Source: Phoronis australis (lineage: Eukaryota > Animalia > Phoronida). Taken from it: 64,000 bases of DNA. Under the pieces are notes generated by a model. That model worked only from the letters and a program-made list of their open reading frames with translations, was not told the DNA's origin and ran no database searches. Within the stretch, counting starts at the first letter, position 1. Each line of letters opens with the position of its first letter. The stretch spans positions 105,405 through 169,404 of the forward strand of contig NMRA01000234.1 in the NCBI GenBank assembly GCA_002633005.1, in the 5' to 3' direction. Position numbers and translations under genes: made by a program. Shown one piece after another: positions 49,250 through 61,267 of this stretch.

Positions 49250-50100
49250 AAAAGGAAACAGGAAGTGGACTGACACGCCTTTGGGGTTTTGGTAAGATTC
49301 TAAATGCTATTGAAAACGAAGCAGTTGGAAATACAATGTATGACAAATTGGATTGTGGTTGCTCATTACGAAACTGGTTAAAACCTGGAGAACGCTTGCA
49401 AAACGTGAGTATTTTATTCTATTAAGAGCAGAGATTGGCATTTTTCTGTAGTTAATAAGACAATTTTGTTGAATGAGGGAATTAAAATTTTAGACTGTAT
49501 TGTTGGAATAGTGATAGAATATTTATTCAAGGACGCAGGGATTCTATATTATCTGACGAGGTCTAATAAAGAAGTTGTAAGAGTCAAATATTGGGTGGCT
49601 GATTATTGAGGAATCTGAAGTAAAATTTTGCAGTTGAGACTTTAAAGATGTTGTGAAGTAAAGGGAGGTGGAGTTCGTTACATATGACTAGAGTGTGAGC
49701 ATTAAAACTGGACTTAGATATATTTCGAAGGATTCTCTTTGGACTGTTTGCACTTTTCCGTGTTCCTAAAACTTCAAGTAGTTATGGCATAAATAAAACG
49801 TGGGAGGACAAGCTGGGTATTTATTAGCTTGAGAGCTAGGAGGGGAGAATAGCATTTCAGTTTATATACGAGTCCACAGAATTTGTTAAGTTTGATTTAA
49901 AATGAGGTTAATGTAGGGGCACCATGAGAATTTTTTGTCTACGGAAACCGTCTACGTGGCTGATTATTTTGGGTGTACTGGAAGAGCATTAATTCAATTT
50001 TTTGATGCCTTAAATGAAAGTTTGTTTACGGAAATGTCCAGAGTATGCTGACGTCCAGTTTATAAATACAAGCGTTGTGTTGACTACAAAAATACATGCC
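49250..50100 (-). mobile_element. Possible highly decayed LINE (APE endonuclease/linker) remnant
   Basis: Scattered minus-strand motifs resembling the CR1/L2 endonuclease region (FRR...SHG, CYSPP, TTSLLDLV, QFRN), with many stops and frameshifts. Confidence 0.35.
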
Positions 50101-51849
50101 AAGACATCCATCAACGAACTCGTACAGAACCACAGGCAAGAAAGTAAAATTTCCACGACCCCATTAAAAAGCAACCCGGGACACTGAGTTTTTAATAATG
50201 AAAAGCTACCGGGGGTCATTTTAATAGTGAAAAAATGACTCCCCAATGACACCAAGGCTAAGGCACATATTGAGTAAGTTTCTCAACATCAAAGTGTGAC
50301 TGAGATAGTGAATGTGACTGCCGTGAGTCATCAATCTATTCTTGTTCAAGATGTTGTGGGAATGCATGCTATCCACATACATGTACGTGAATGCCCAATA
50401 GTAGAAAATTGGATGTAGATGCCACACAACTTAGTCTGCTATCACGACCGGCACAGAGGCTGTAGTCGGACGCTGGACCGAAATAACTGACGAATCAGAA
50501 AGGTACAATATGCAGTTAGCATCACTATAATTAGATATAATCGTTCCTGACAAACGCACTATTCACGACTGTGTTTAAAAAGTTAGGTTAAAAGTCTGCA
50601 GATTGAGTAGGCTCCCACTCGCCTTCATTCGCCGAAGACGCCGGTGCGGGAAGGTCGAGTTCATACCGCGTCAAACACGCAACGTCTTCCGATATGGCGA
50701 GGTCTAACTCATTACCTCCTTCACCTATACCCTAAGTGTCGTTTTCACCCACATCTCCATATTACCCTATTTCCACAATACCCGTCAACGTCGCTCTCTA
50801 AGTCTTCGTAACTTACAAAAGTTCAACTATCCGTCATTGGATATATACTGTCAAATGATCAACGATTTCCATTGATGACATCACGTGGCGGGAAGTAAAA
50901 AAAATACTTATTTTTTTCTTCAAAATTTAAAATTATTCAATTATTTCCCAAAATAGGACACACAGTTCGGCCCTTAGCACCCAATTGCAAGCACCTGATT
51001 AAGAGTCAAAGGGTTCCCTCAGCATCTGGTTCCTAGTGAGTGAATTAGGTCTTCTAGTCTTCCCGTTTTCATCTCGGGAAATTGGAAAGGCGATTCAAGA
51101 ATTTTAATTCTGAAAAGAATCTTTATTTAACGTCGTTCGAAGAACAGGTTAAGATTAACCAATTGGCCTATTTCTATGGCATTAAATTTAAAGATGCTTG
51201 GAACCCGATAACAGGCTAAATTGCAACATTGAACGTGTTTTTTTGCCACTGAAACAGAATTCAACCTGCTCACCAGGTATTTTTAGGGCCTCTTCGTGAA
51301 GACGTTTCATCTCTGTTTATAACAAAGCATTTTCTTTTAGTTTCAAATTTCAAAAAAAAAACGGTCTGTCAACTGCTCATCACTTCGTCGATTTTTCTCT
51401 CACAAAGCAAAGCATGCAAGACACACATTGACGTAGCACATTTCCCTGATATGGAAAATATGAATTTTTCCTTCACTCGTATTTCAAAAATCGTGAATTT
51501 TTAGATTTGTTCTGTAAATTTTCTCTCAGGCGAAAGTGAATTACCCTATACTAGACGTTGCGAGGTTGTACTTTCGTCAGTAATTGTTTAAAAGCATTTT
51601 TTGACAAGCTTCTGCGTTCCATGCCATGGAACTTCAGCTAAAGATGGATAATAACACCGAGATATAGGTGTAAATATAAGTTAAATGGTCATATTATCTA
51701 GAGTTTAGACCCACAAAAATATTAAGTACAAACAATGTTAAATACACGGGAAATATACAATTTAGAGAAATTACAACTCTACGAAAACGCTGGTATACAC
51801 TATTTTGGGACCGGTCCAGGTCAGTATCAGTCCACAGAAAACAATGAAA

Positions 51850-52414
51850 TACTCTGATGTAGACTGTTCTACACTTGAGCTGCTAAACGATTTTTACCGT
51901 ATTTGACAGATTTAATTTGAGGAATATCTAAAAGATTGTTGTAATTGTTTTCTTGGTTCTTCATTAGTGAACTAAGTGTCTTAGGCGATTCGCTCTAAAG
52001 GATTTTAAATACTCTTATTGTAATAAGACGAAGTCTGTGTAGGTGAATTGGTGCTTTGTTAGCTAGTGAGAGTAGTTGTTCATGTGTCGTCATTGTAGAC
52101 AAAACGAAGCGCTCTGAGTTGTACTTTTCTAGTTAAGGGTATTTTCTTTGGTGCAAGCATGCTATGAAAGGGGACAATAGTTGCCGTTTATGAAGGAGTG
52201 AAAACGGTGTCCAATTCTTTTTAGAACGTTTATTTGTCGTGAGGGTTTTTTTGCAAATGTCCGAAATATGGGAGGCCAAGGTTAGATTGCTATCGATGGC
52301 TATTCTTAGGAGTTTAACTTTTGTTTCACAAGATATTTGGCAGTTTCCAATGGAGAGGGATTTCCAGAATGTGTACAGTTTTTACTTATGCCGATTGTTT
52401 GGAATTTGTCAGGA
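51850..52414 (-). mobile_element. CR1-type LINE 3' fragment (left half of a LINE split by the TTAA element)
   Basis: Minus-strand NPDKFQTI, FHSFINGNYCPL, LEKVQLRALRFVYND and LDIPQIKSVKYGK across frameshifts, typical of the CR1 ORF2 C-terminus. Confidence 0.8.
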
Positions 52415-53201
52415 TTAAGTATCAGTCCACGGATCCACCGACCACTGTACAGCCAACAGGCGGCAAGGTGGGGGGTCAGCCATTCAGATCCATGTTTAGT
52501 CTGATAAATCACATTAGGGATGAGAGAAATTGGGTGAAGTATGACACCACAAAGTTTGGTGGTTTAGGAGATACAAGGGAAGTGTTCTTGGGGGCAAAAT
52601 GAGGCAATTTCTTGGTGTGGAATGAGTCATTTTTGACCAAATTTTCTACTCCAGTTTCTGCTTCAAACAGAATCGTTTCTGAACAATTTTGATATCACAT
52701 GATAGGTTCATGACCAATGTCAGTAAAAACGGCACCGACACTGCAATATCTGTTACCATGGTAACACTGGAACTGTTTCCGTGGAGGTACATTTCCTTCT
52801 TGTGAAAAACCAGCAGTAAGTTGTACCCTTATAGCGAAGCTGCCCCCGCGAGAAAACTAAAAATAATAACATGGACATGTAGAAGACTCCATGCCCTTGA
52901 AATTAATACAATAAAAACTTTGTCAGCCCTTCAGGCAGGCTTGGTAATAGGTGTCTGAATTTCACTATTTTCAGACCGCGTATGTGTATTTGTCATGTTA
53001 AACCAGTCACTAGTTGTGCGCCGTTTCTACGCATTAATATGCCGTGGTATAATACAACAATTAAAAGAATTGGTTTGCTTAAATGTTTTTAATTAATTTT
53101 AAAGACACTAGCATTTCCCACTAAAATATGAAATTATACTAAATTTGTTCATCCAACTCGTCTGAATACCAAACTAAAGCTTACAATGCGTTAGTTGAAT
53201 G

Positions 53202-53641
53202 ATGGCTGACCTAAAGTGCGGGTTTGCGAATTTATCTATTTATCTGGCACTGCCAGTCGCATCGAATGTGGTATTTCTACAAATTGCGGAGAGAAACAAC
53301 TTTGGAAACTCTAGGGAAATGCACAAGGTATAGAGCGAGACATTTGAGCACCTTATAAGAGTACGTGGAGCTGATGTGGAGGTGGAACGTGTCCTCCTGA
53401 GAAGTAGTCTGTCTCAGTGTCTGCCTCGGAGGCAGGTGTGCAGCAGGAGCTACATAATCTACCGTATTAGATTCACTTGCCCGAATCATCGTTACAACAC
53501 TCGAGATATATTGCTGTCGCCAAAGACACTGAGAACATCCACTGCACACTAGAGGAGAAATCTGATAGAGCCTGATAGAGGTCTGAAAAATGACCAAAGA
53601 CGTTAAGTCAAGGTTCAACGTCCTGCTTCGTGTGAGCTCAG
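53202..53641 (+). pseudogene. Decayed N-terminal exon of a Cys/His-rich transposase-like protein
   Basis: Across frameshifts: MADLKCGFANL, ECG, LGKCTRY..RHLSTL, EVERVLLRSSL, TCPNHRY-TLEIY....EHPLH, FNVLLRVSS, ending at donor GTAGG (53642). It resembles, from recall, the N-terminus of large invertebrate transposon proteins (ICPxHRxxLGIxW...HPxH...VPVGSG). Confidence 0.5.
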
Positions 53642-54070
53642 GTAGGAATCACTAAACTCCAGGGTCTGACCCTGAGGAATATTTTTAGAAGCACGTCATT
53701 CATGCAAAAATACTTTTATTGACACACCGTGATTGCTTATAACTTGGGCCTTATTGCTTAATCATATCTTATTCAAATGTGTTGATGTTTATGCAACTAC
53801 ATGTATACATTGGCATAGAAAATAGGTAGTCATCATAACTTTTCATAACAACCACCAAATGTGTAACATGACTTCTGCCCATGAACTACTTTTAGAGACT
53901 AGGGAGTATGTTTTGTCTACCAATGATTTTCTGCGATTATGAAGTTAATTAAACATGCTAAAGCCGTCAAAAATATTGGTGCCTTCACTTTAGCTTGGTA
54001 TTCATATTTTCTGAGCCGAAATGGCCACATTAAATTTAATATGTTTAATTTTTCATTAATACAATTTTAG

Positions 54071-54623
54071 GAATCAGGAAAGGCTTATGCTGAAGAAGTG
54101 GCTTCTGCTGAAGTTGGAGACTTGCCGATTATTAGTAAAGGTTGGGTATGGAAAAGTTCACAACCAGCAAGAAGGTACCCTTCTGGACAACTAAGTGAGG
54201 GGGCTAGAGAGAGGCCGAAAAGTCTACTCCCAGAAGATATGTCAAAGAGAATTTGTAGCTTGAGGAACGAGTTGGGGAAAAAGTATTTGCCAAAGATTAC
54301 TGGCTTATACCACAACAGGTCCAAAGTAATTTGTTGAGATAGGCCACTTTCAGCAAATGTGGGGAAACTGGGACAGAGGAAGTGGAGTATGCATTGAAAG
54401 AGGCAATCTGCGATTGTCAAGGATGTAGCATTGTAAAAATTCAAAGGGAGGAAACAGTACAGTGGCTGGACCTGTAAATACTCTGGCTGATCTGCTAAAT
54501 CCAGTGGGGGCATTATTGTATCAGCACAGCTGTGTAGGGAAGTAGGCTTGTGTGTTGTCGCAAGCTTTGTTTGCACCAGAACTGCTTGTGTGAACAGCAC
54601 AAATCTAAAATTTACCTAGTCTA
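54071..54623 (+). pseudogene. Decayed C-terminal exon of the same transposase-like protein
   Basis: Acceptor ttttAG ends at 54070. GWVWKSSQPARRY...LRNELGK, then after a frameshift VFAKDYWLIPQQVQSNLLR, later LCREVGL and NCLC near the stop. It resembles the recalled GWALK...F...E(F/W)L..QQI.SYFSR...CxC C-terminus. Confidence 0.55.
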
Positions 54624-57446
54624 AGACTGAATTTTTCTCCAGGCACGGATCATGATCTTGGGCCACATGGTAATGGTACATTGTTCATTTTGTTTAGCCA
54701 CTGGATTTTTTGGTCTGACAGGATTTCTCAGTGTCGCCATCACATTTAGATGATTTCTGACCACTGTACTATTCCTTTTCCTTGAAGATGCGTAATTGAT
54801 CTGAATTTATGTTTCCGCATTTTATTTACCATTATAGATTTTTGTTTGTAAATGGGTATATATTACTGAAATTTGAGACCCTGTTGCAGTTAGGCTGGTT
54901 TTGTTAACTTATCTTTCTGCCTGGGTTGTAAACCCATATTCTGTCCAGGAGGTAATAAGTTTTGATTTAGACCATTTACCTCTATAAAATTTGCTCAGTT
55001 TGTTCCTTATCCAGATGGGAAGTGATTTCTGGAATTATAGCGAATTGACAGTTTGCTATTCCTTGAGACCATGCTGTGTGTATAAAATCACACACTATTA
55101 GTCTGGTCTCTAGCAATTGCATATTGCCAGATCTTTCAAAGTTCTGAAATTGCTCAAAAGTGACCTGGAAGTAATACCTATTTCGTGATGGTAAAATGTC
55201 TAAATCAAAAGTTGTTTTATGTGATTCTAGGCGAGTTTATGTCCACTTCAAATGATTTTTGTTGCAGTACTGAAAAGTATTGGCACATTAGCTCTGGTGG
55301 CTCCTTGTTTTTTTGGCGAATTGACCATTTTATGGTTCCCATGGGTAATTTTGTTAGTGGTCTAGTATGTATGTACAACTGTAATCGTAGGGCAATTGTA
55401 ATGCAAACCATGTTGCAAAAGTATTTTTTCATGACCATTTCATTGTAAAATGCTGCCTAATTGGAACCGACATGCCAATTTTTCATTTTGTGGTGGTTAG
55501 TTTTGATAAGAACATTGATGTGGTAAATACAGCTACCTCAAGTTTGTGAAGAAGAGATTTCCAGTGTTGTCAGCGATATTGCGAAATCACTTTTTCGCAG
55601 TGAGACTACATCACCTTAAATGTAATTCCCTGACTTTATGGGCTTTGTGTGGTTGACTCTGTCCTGTAGCAATTAGAGTGTTGAAAAGATCTAGAAGGCA
55701 ATTTTTTATTAGAGTCATAATATTTGCACTTTTGACTGTACAATTATCTTTGCATTGTATTATGAAAACATATTCTGTAGTACACAAGTCTCTGGTTGGT
55801 ATTTTATATTTTTTCACAACGAATATTTTCAGCTTAGATGAGTTGTCTGTGAGGTAGGCAATTTTCAAATAAGATAATGAATAAAATTGTCAAACATTGT
55901 TTTATTTTTTAGATGTGTGATCTTCCAATAAGTGATTACTTTTAAAAAAACTGTGCAGAATTTGATTTTTACTCTTCATTTTAAGGAGAATAAATCCATA
56001 AACCTGCATTGTCTTGAAATTTTACTAAAACTACAGATTGGGTCGGGGATTGGAATCTTAATACAACAGAGTCTGAACCCGTACCATGAGCAATACAACA
56101 CAATACACGGATATAAAAATTTGGTGTTTAGGTTCCACGGAAAGGATTCGTGTGCGCGGTAATAGTTACTAAGGTGCGTGGTCATTGTTTGTGGATACTT
56201 TGGGATTCCTCTTCTGTGGTCATCCACGGGAAACCTGGTCGCATAGAGAACAATAGATTAGCATCTTCATTGTTATAATAAAGATATAATGACGAGCACT
56301 TATCGGCAACGGTCTGATGTACGCAAGGTTCTATATCCATGCGACCTGTGTTGTTATATCCAACAGTGACACAACAATGGAAAACAATGATAGGACCGAT
56401 GGGCGAAAAACATGCGACGAGTTGCCACAGACAGTGGTGGAGTTTGTCTTGTCATTCGAATGTTTTTAGAGAACTGCAAACCCGGTATTTCGTCAGGAAA
56501 ATTTCTGCGGTCTTTTGTTTTAAGTCGTGGGAAAAACTGCGGTCATGCCACCAAACTTATCATTCATTTGATATTACAATGCATTGCATGAACATTTGAT
56601 CAACAGAAAATCTGACTTGAATATGTGTGAAGAAATACCCATGAGGAAATTGCAAAGTAAAACAACTGTAAATCAAAATAACCTACATTTGTCGAGTTCA
56701 TGTCTAACCCTGTTCACTGTGGAGGACATAATCGGCTTTTTACAAAATGGAGCCATGTATGGTATTTAGGGGTACTATAGCCCAAAGTGATAAGTAGTAA
56801 AACGTTCAAAACATTCAGGAGGAACTAACTTGTTGCAAAATATCGAAAAATATGAAGGACAATCGGATTTTACGGTGCTCACGCATCGATCTCAGATATA
56901 TGACAATTTCTCATTTTAGTACATTTGAGGTGCCAAAATGTATAACTAATAAACTGGCTGACAAAGTTTTTATTTTATGCAATGAAAGTAACATGTTTTG
57001 TCAACATTTTGGCTAAGTTTCATTCTCATAACAGTGGGGGCAGATTTGGTACAGCAGTGTACTGAACACAACCTCAAAATGGCATAACGGGGGGCAGTGT
57101 AGTAAAACTACTAAATGAGGGTGGTAAATCGGAATCGTGTTTCAAGACATCTGTGTAACAATCTATAGGCACCACTTAACAATGCCAAGTGAATAATGAA
57201 TCAATAGCTTTCATTCAAGGAAAAATATGAACAGTTAAAACTGGACAGTTTTTATACCGTGAAAACATGGCTGCGAAACCGTAAAATGTGTTTGAGCCTA
57301 TAACTTTAGAAAAACAAAATATTTTGAGGAAATATTTTGCCGATGTTTATAGATCCCACAGGACTACATATGTGCCAGATTTGGTGAAAATCGGCTGACC
57401 CCCACCTTGCCGCTCATGGTTGGTGCTCTCGTGGACTAGTACTTAA

Positions 57447-57900
57447 TTGCTTGCACGCCACTGACAGAGAACAAGGTAATGAGTGATTAGGTGTCTTATT
57501 TTAGATTTTTAGTCACGGAGAGCGGGTTGTTTTCAAAGAAAGAGAGGATGTTGTCGTTTACGTAGTTGGCCACTGTATATTTTTTCACAAAAGAGGAGAT
57601 GTAATTGATGGAGATATTGAAGAGAAGGGGTACCAAGATGGATACTTGAGGTGCTCCCTTGTATACATTCACTGGAGTGTTGGTGAAGTCTGACTTGTTG
57701 TTTCCCGGTGGAGAGATAATTCCTAAATTGTCATCAAAATTGTGAGTGATTGAACCTGCACTATCTGTCAATTACTACCAGGCCATCCGGCAGAAAGTGG
57801 CATTCAATAGTTTGTTCAGTGAGCCATGGTTCCATTGAGCTCCTCCAGTTTCATTGAAAATTGGTACCTGCTGGCTTGGCTGGGCATTTCAAGCTCTCTG
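57447..57900 (-). mobile_element. CR1-type LINE reverse-transcriptase fragment (right half of the split LINE)
   Basis: RNYLSTGKQQVRL and KGAPQVSILVPLLFNISIN...NYVNDN are degenerate forms of GVPQGSILGPLLFNIFIND...YADD. Confidence 0.8.
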
Positions 57901-59469
57901 CTACATGTGAAGGCTACAATCGAATGGGATTTGATTGATTTTTGAATCTGTTCTGTGTAAAAGATTGTCAGCTGTTGACCCCTTGACTCACTTTTTACTC
58001 AATACTGCTTGCTAAACTCTTTCAAAGTGCCACGAAAGGTAGCACTGACGAATATTACATGGCTCCTCGTTGGTTAAAGTTATGAAACCGACGTCATAAC
58101 ATTCAGTCATTTCCATCGGTTGAAATCTGGGAAACCCCATTCAGTTTACCAGGGTAATATGGCAACCACCTTTGACTTGAATAGTCGCCAAATTTATTAA
58201 AACGGGCAGTGATCGAAGTAAACAAAATCAAGACAACCCCGATTCAGTGGCTTAAGCCTAAACAAGTACACTATATAAAGGTGTGTGCACGAGGCAGCGA
58301 TGTGATCGGTATACTCTCGATCAAGGCATGTGCATTGATGCCCACGGAATTCCGTGTGTCGTTCAATCATCATGTTTCCACAGGGCCACTTTTCAGTATA
58401 CTGTAGGTGGCGCTGTGTCAGAGGGTATACTGTTGAAATTTAACACGAAATTCAGGTACCCTTCACACTCTTTGGAATTGTGAAAAGTCTGATTGATCGG
58501 CATCCACCTTTCACCTGATTTCTGGAATTTGGAGAGTTTTGGCAGTCTGAATGCACTGTCTCTCAGTTCTTAGTAATTGCATGCAAATGATGGCTTTGGG
58601 GTGAAAACTGCCGATTCGGGATGTTTTCGTGTTTTTTTTTTCAAGTAGCCGGCTGTACCTTCGGTAGTCGTAAAAGGTGGAAAAAATAACTTTGGAATAA
58701 GTTTCAATAAACTCACTGGAAGGTTTTTGAAGCCTTTGGCCAATGATACTCTTCAAATTTTCAGGTTTTGTTCATCCTGTGGAACGTACTGTTGGAGCTA
58801 ACTCGACCTGTTTTTCCAAGCCCCAAACTCAGGAAAAACTGTTGAGTGTCACGAAAGATTGCGAATCCTGATAAGCAGGACGAATTTTCAACAAACACTG
58901 GAGAGTCTCAGCGTCCAAGCTACCTGACACTTGGTACAGATTGAATAGACTACTACTTATTATGCGGCGACCTAACACAAACGTGTATCGTAGGCCAAGT
59001 ACGATATAAGTCCTATTTAATCCAGTAATAATTCTTTAACCAATCAGAAGTCAGGAATAATTACTGTAATAAATATTTATAACTGTAATTAATATTTATC
59101 TCTTCCTGGTAGAACCTAATGGACTAATTTATAAGGTCCATGCTAAGCGCGTTTCGTTTATTTTTCGTTGTTTTTTTAGATAGTATAAAATACGTACATA
59201 TGTACGCTGCATATCCATGTATTTCCAACAGCCACCACTTTTCTGCCGTGAGCTGAATTTTAACCAGTGGGTGTGCTTAAATAAAATGCATAGGCAATTC
59301 AAGCGTTTCTCTGATTTTAGGCTGATGAGTAAAGGTACAGAGCAAATAAACAAATGCGTTCACTTGCACAAACAAATCAGATTACTAGTTGCAGATAACC
59401 CACTCGATTAACACAGTTACGTCACCAATATTTCTTCGGGACTGGAAAAAGTGCTAGTTTCAAGTACAA

Positions 59470-59810
59470 CCTGTGGACCAGCTTCAGCAGAAAGCGAAGA
59501 AATGCAGGAATGTGACTATCAGAAGCATGTTTCATCTATCATGATTCAAATGCTGTCTCAGGGTTCTTATCTATCAACAGCTGCGCATTGGAGCTTCTTC
59601 CAATTCCCCTGGGACGTGCATACTTTTAATTTTGCACCCGCTTCTAAGAAAATTATTGTCGTAGACATGTTCAAATTCCAGTAGAGCTTACTGGAAAGCA
59701 GGTTGGTCTGTAAGTATATGAAAACGCCATCAATCTCAAAGCAACCGATCAACAAAGCTTGCTCAAATTTGTAAAGGGTGAAGGAACGTTAACAGTTCTT
59801 TAAGTAACAG
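59470..59810 (+). mobile_element. Possible decayed mariner-type transposase C-terminal remnant
   Basis: Fragments RKRR..., FIYHDSNA, LELLPIP, FNFAPASKK and KFVKGEG resemble mariner HHDNA, ELLPHPPYSPDL, DF.LF..LK and KCV..EG.Y motifs, with stops and frameshifts. Confidence 0.4.
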
Positions 59811-60912
59811 TCTCTGCGCAGTTTATAACCTAAACTCAGGTTCAAAGTTGAATTTGTGACCACAGAAACGTTGATGATTTTTGTTGTGTATTCGAATTTA
59901 CTTTGTCATTAATACACGTTTAAACAATATCAGTTTTATGCTCTATTTTAGGTGGTCACATCTTATTATTAGTATTACTAGTTTAGTGCCGTCGGTACCT
60001 GGGTTAGACTTTACGCGACACCTGTTGTGGAGTTGGGTGGTTATCCCCTTTTGTAGCAGAATATACACGACATTTGTTTTTGATCAATGAGAACAATATA
60101 CAACGATGACACATGGCGCACGCGAAATAAGGTACCTTTTGTTCTTATTCAGCAGCGTACTCCTTCTTTTGTTTCGGCTCTCAATCGGTTGCGAGGAGCC
60201 GCAAAAACGTGCCACGAAAGCATCGAGGTGCCTTTCTAACGGGTCTAATTAATCCTATTACGTCATGAGGTGTGACGTCATTGACACATCCGTCCGTTAG
60301 GCGGATCCATCCTATGTGATCTTTACCTTTCCTCTCGGATTGATGACCTTTGACCGAGGAGCCGCAAAAACGGGCGTCCTAAACCTCTTACTATACTCTG
60401 ACGCACTTAGCCTACGATAAACGTGACCATGTGGCCACGTTCCAGGCCGTAAGAAAACGAACTGAAAGTAAATAAGTGTTTAACAAAACTGAGAATTTCA
60501 AAACGTGCCAGCCAAGGGAGAAAATTCAAAATACATATAGGGTTAAAAGTGGATTGTAACGGTCTGCGTTTCGGGACAAGAAAGAGAACAAATTACTTCC
60601 ACTGAAATACGCCTGTTATTCAGTAAGTATTTACTCTACTTCTCGACCTATCACAGGGAAGACAAGTTGCCTGGTTATTTAGTTGAAGTAAGCCTACTTG
60701 AAATAAACAATTAACATCATGGGTGCATGAAAATAAAACAGTGGCAGAAGGACTGGAGGCTTCCGCGAATTGTTCAACAATACTAGACAACAGTTCGAAC
60801 ACAGGGCTTGGCTGAAAAATAAGGCATTTGAATCCATGGTTAGTTTCTATACCGCTAACCCGTGAGATGACCAGTCGAACATTTCTGGCGATGGTTGCGC
60901 AATTAGGAAGCG

Positions 60913-61177
60913 GAGTGACGTAAGGGATGAACAGCGCCCCCCGCCCGGGTCTGGACAGTTGCTGCAACCCCCCCCCCTCCCCGACACCTGTTTCAGAGTG
61001 CCCCTCCCCCCTGTCGACAGGTACCTAGTTACGCTCTCCTTCCGATTTGGCGCCCCCACCTCCGGTTTCCACCAGTTCGGTGCCCGCGGGCGCCCATCTG
61101 GGGCCCTCTCGGCCGCCTTTCTTCTGCTGGCGCCCTGGGAACAGCTGCCCTTCCCTGACGCCCTTGCTACGCCACAG
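60913..61177. mobile_element. GC-rich MITE with hAT-like (C)AGTGGCGTAG-type ends
   Basis: Left gAGTGACGTAAGGG versus right CCCTTGCTACGCCACAG; internal ggcgccc repeats. Confidence 0.5.
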
Positions 61178-61267
61178 ATCATTTGTAAAGCAAGAAATCT
61201 GTTATTGTCTCGCTGATGCGATTATCTTAAACGTATAGCCCAACGTTCACGTAATACTTGTGACTAG

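Larger units (their letters stand above)
52419..57442 (+). mobile_element. 5024-bp TTAA-flanked TIR DNA transposon with decayed transposase-like exons
   Basis: TTAA at 52415-52418 and 57443-57446. Left TIR GTATCAGTCCACGG..CCACCGACC...GCGGCAAGGTGGGGGGTCAGCC; right end reverse-complemented GTACTAGTCCACGAGAGCACCAACC..GCGGCAAGGTGGGGGTCAGCC. Confidence 0.88.

Noticed and set aside
49551-49580. CTGACGA-GGTCT motif resembling a second hammerhead
   Set aside because: No complementary stem II or GAAA follows; better explained as decayed LINE sequence on the opposite strand.
50590-50800. GC-richer stretch with a GTTC box-B-like motif suggesting a tRNA or SINE
   Set aside because: No cloverleaf or properly spaced A/B boxes could be built by eye.
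54085-54600. 171-aa minus-strand ORF, first suspected to be a LINE C-terminus
   Set aside because: No convincing motifs; the plus strand gives a better pattern (transposase-like exon with a splice acceptor).
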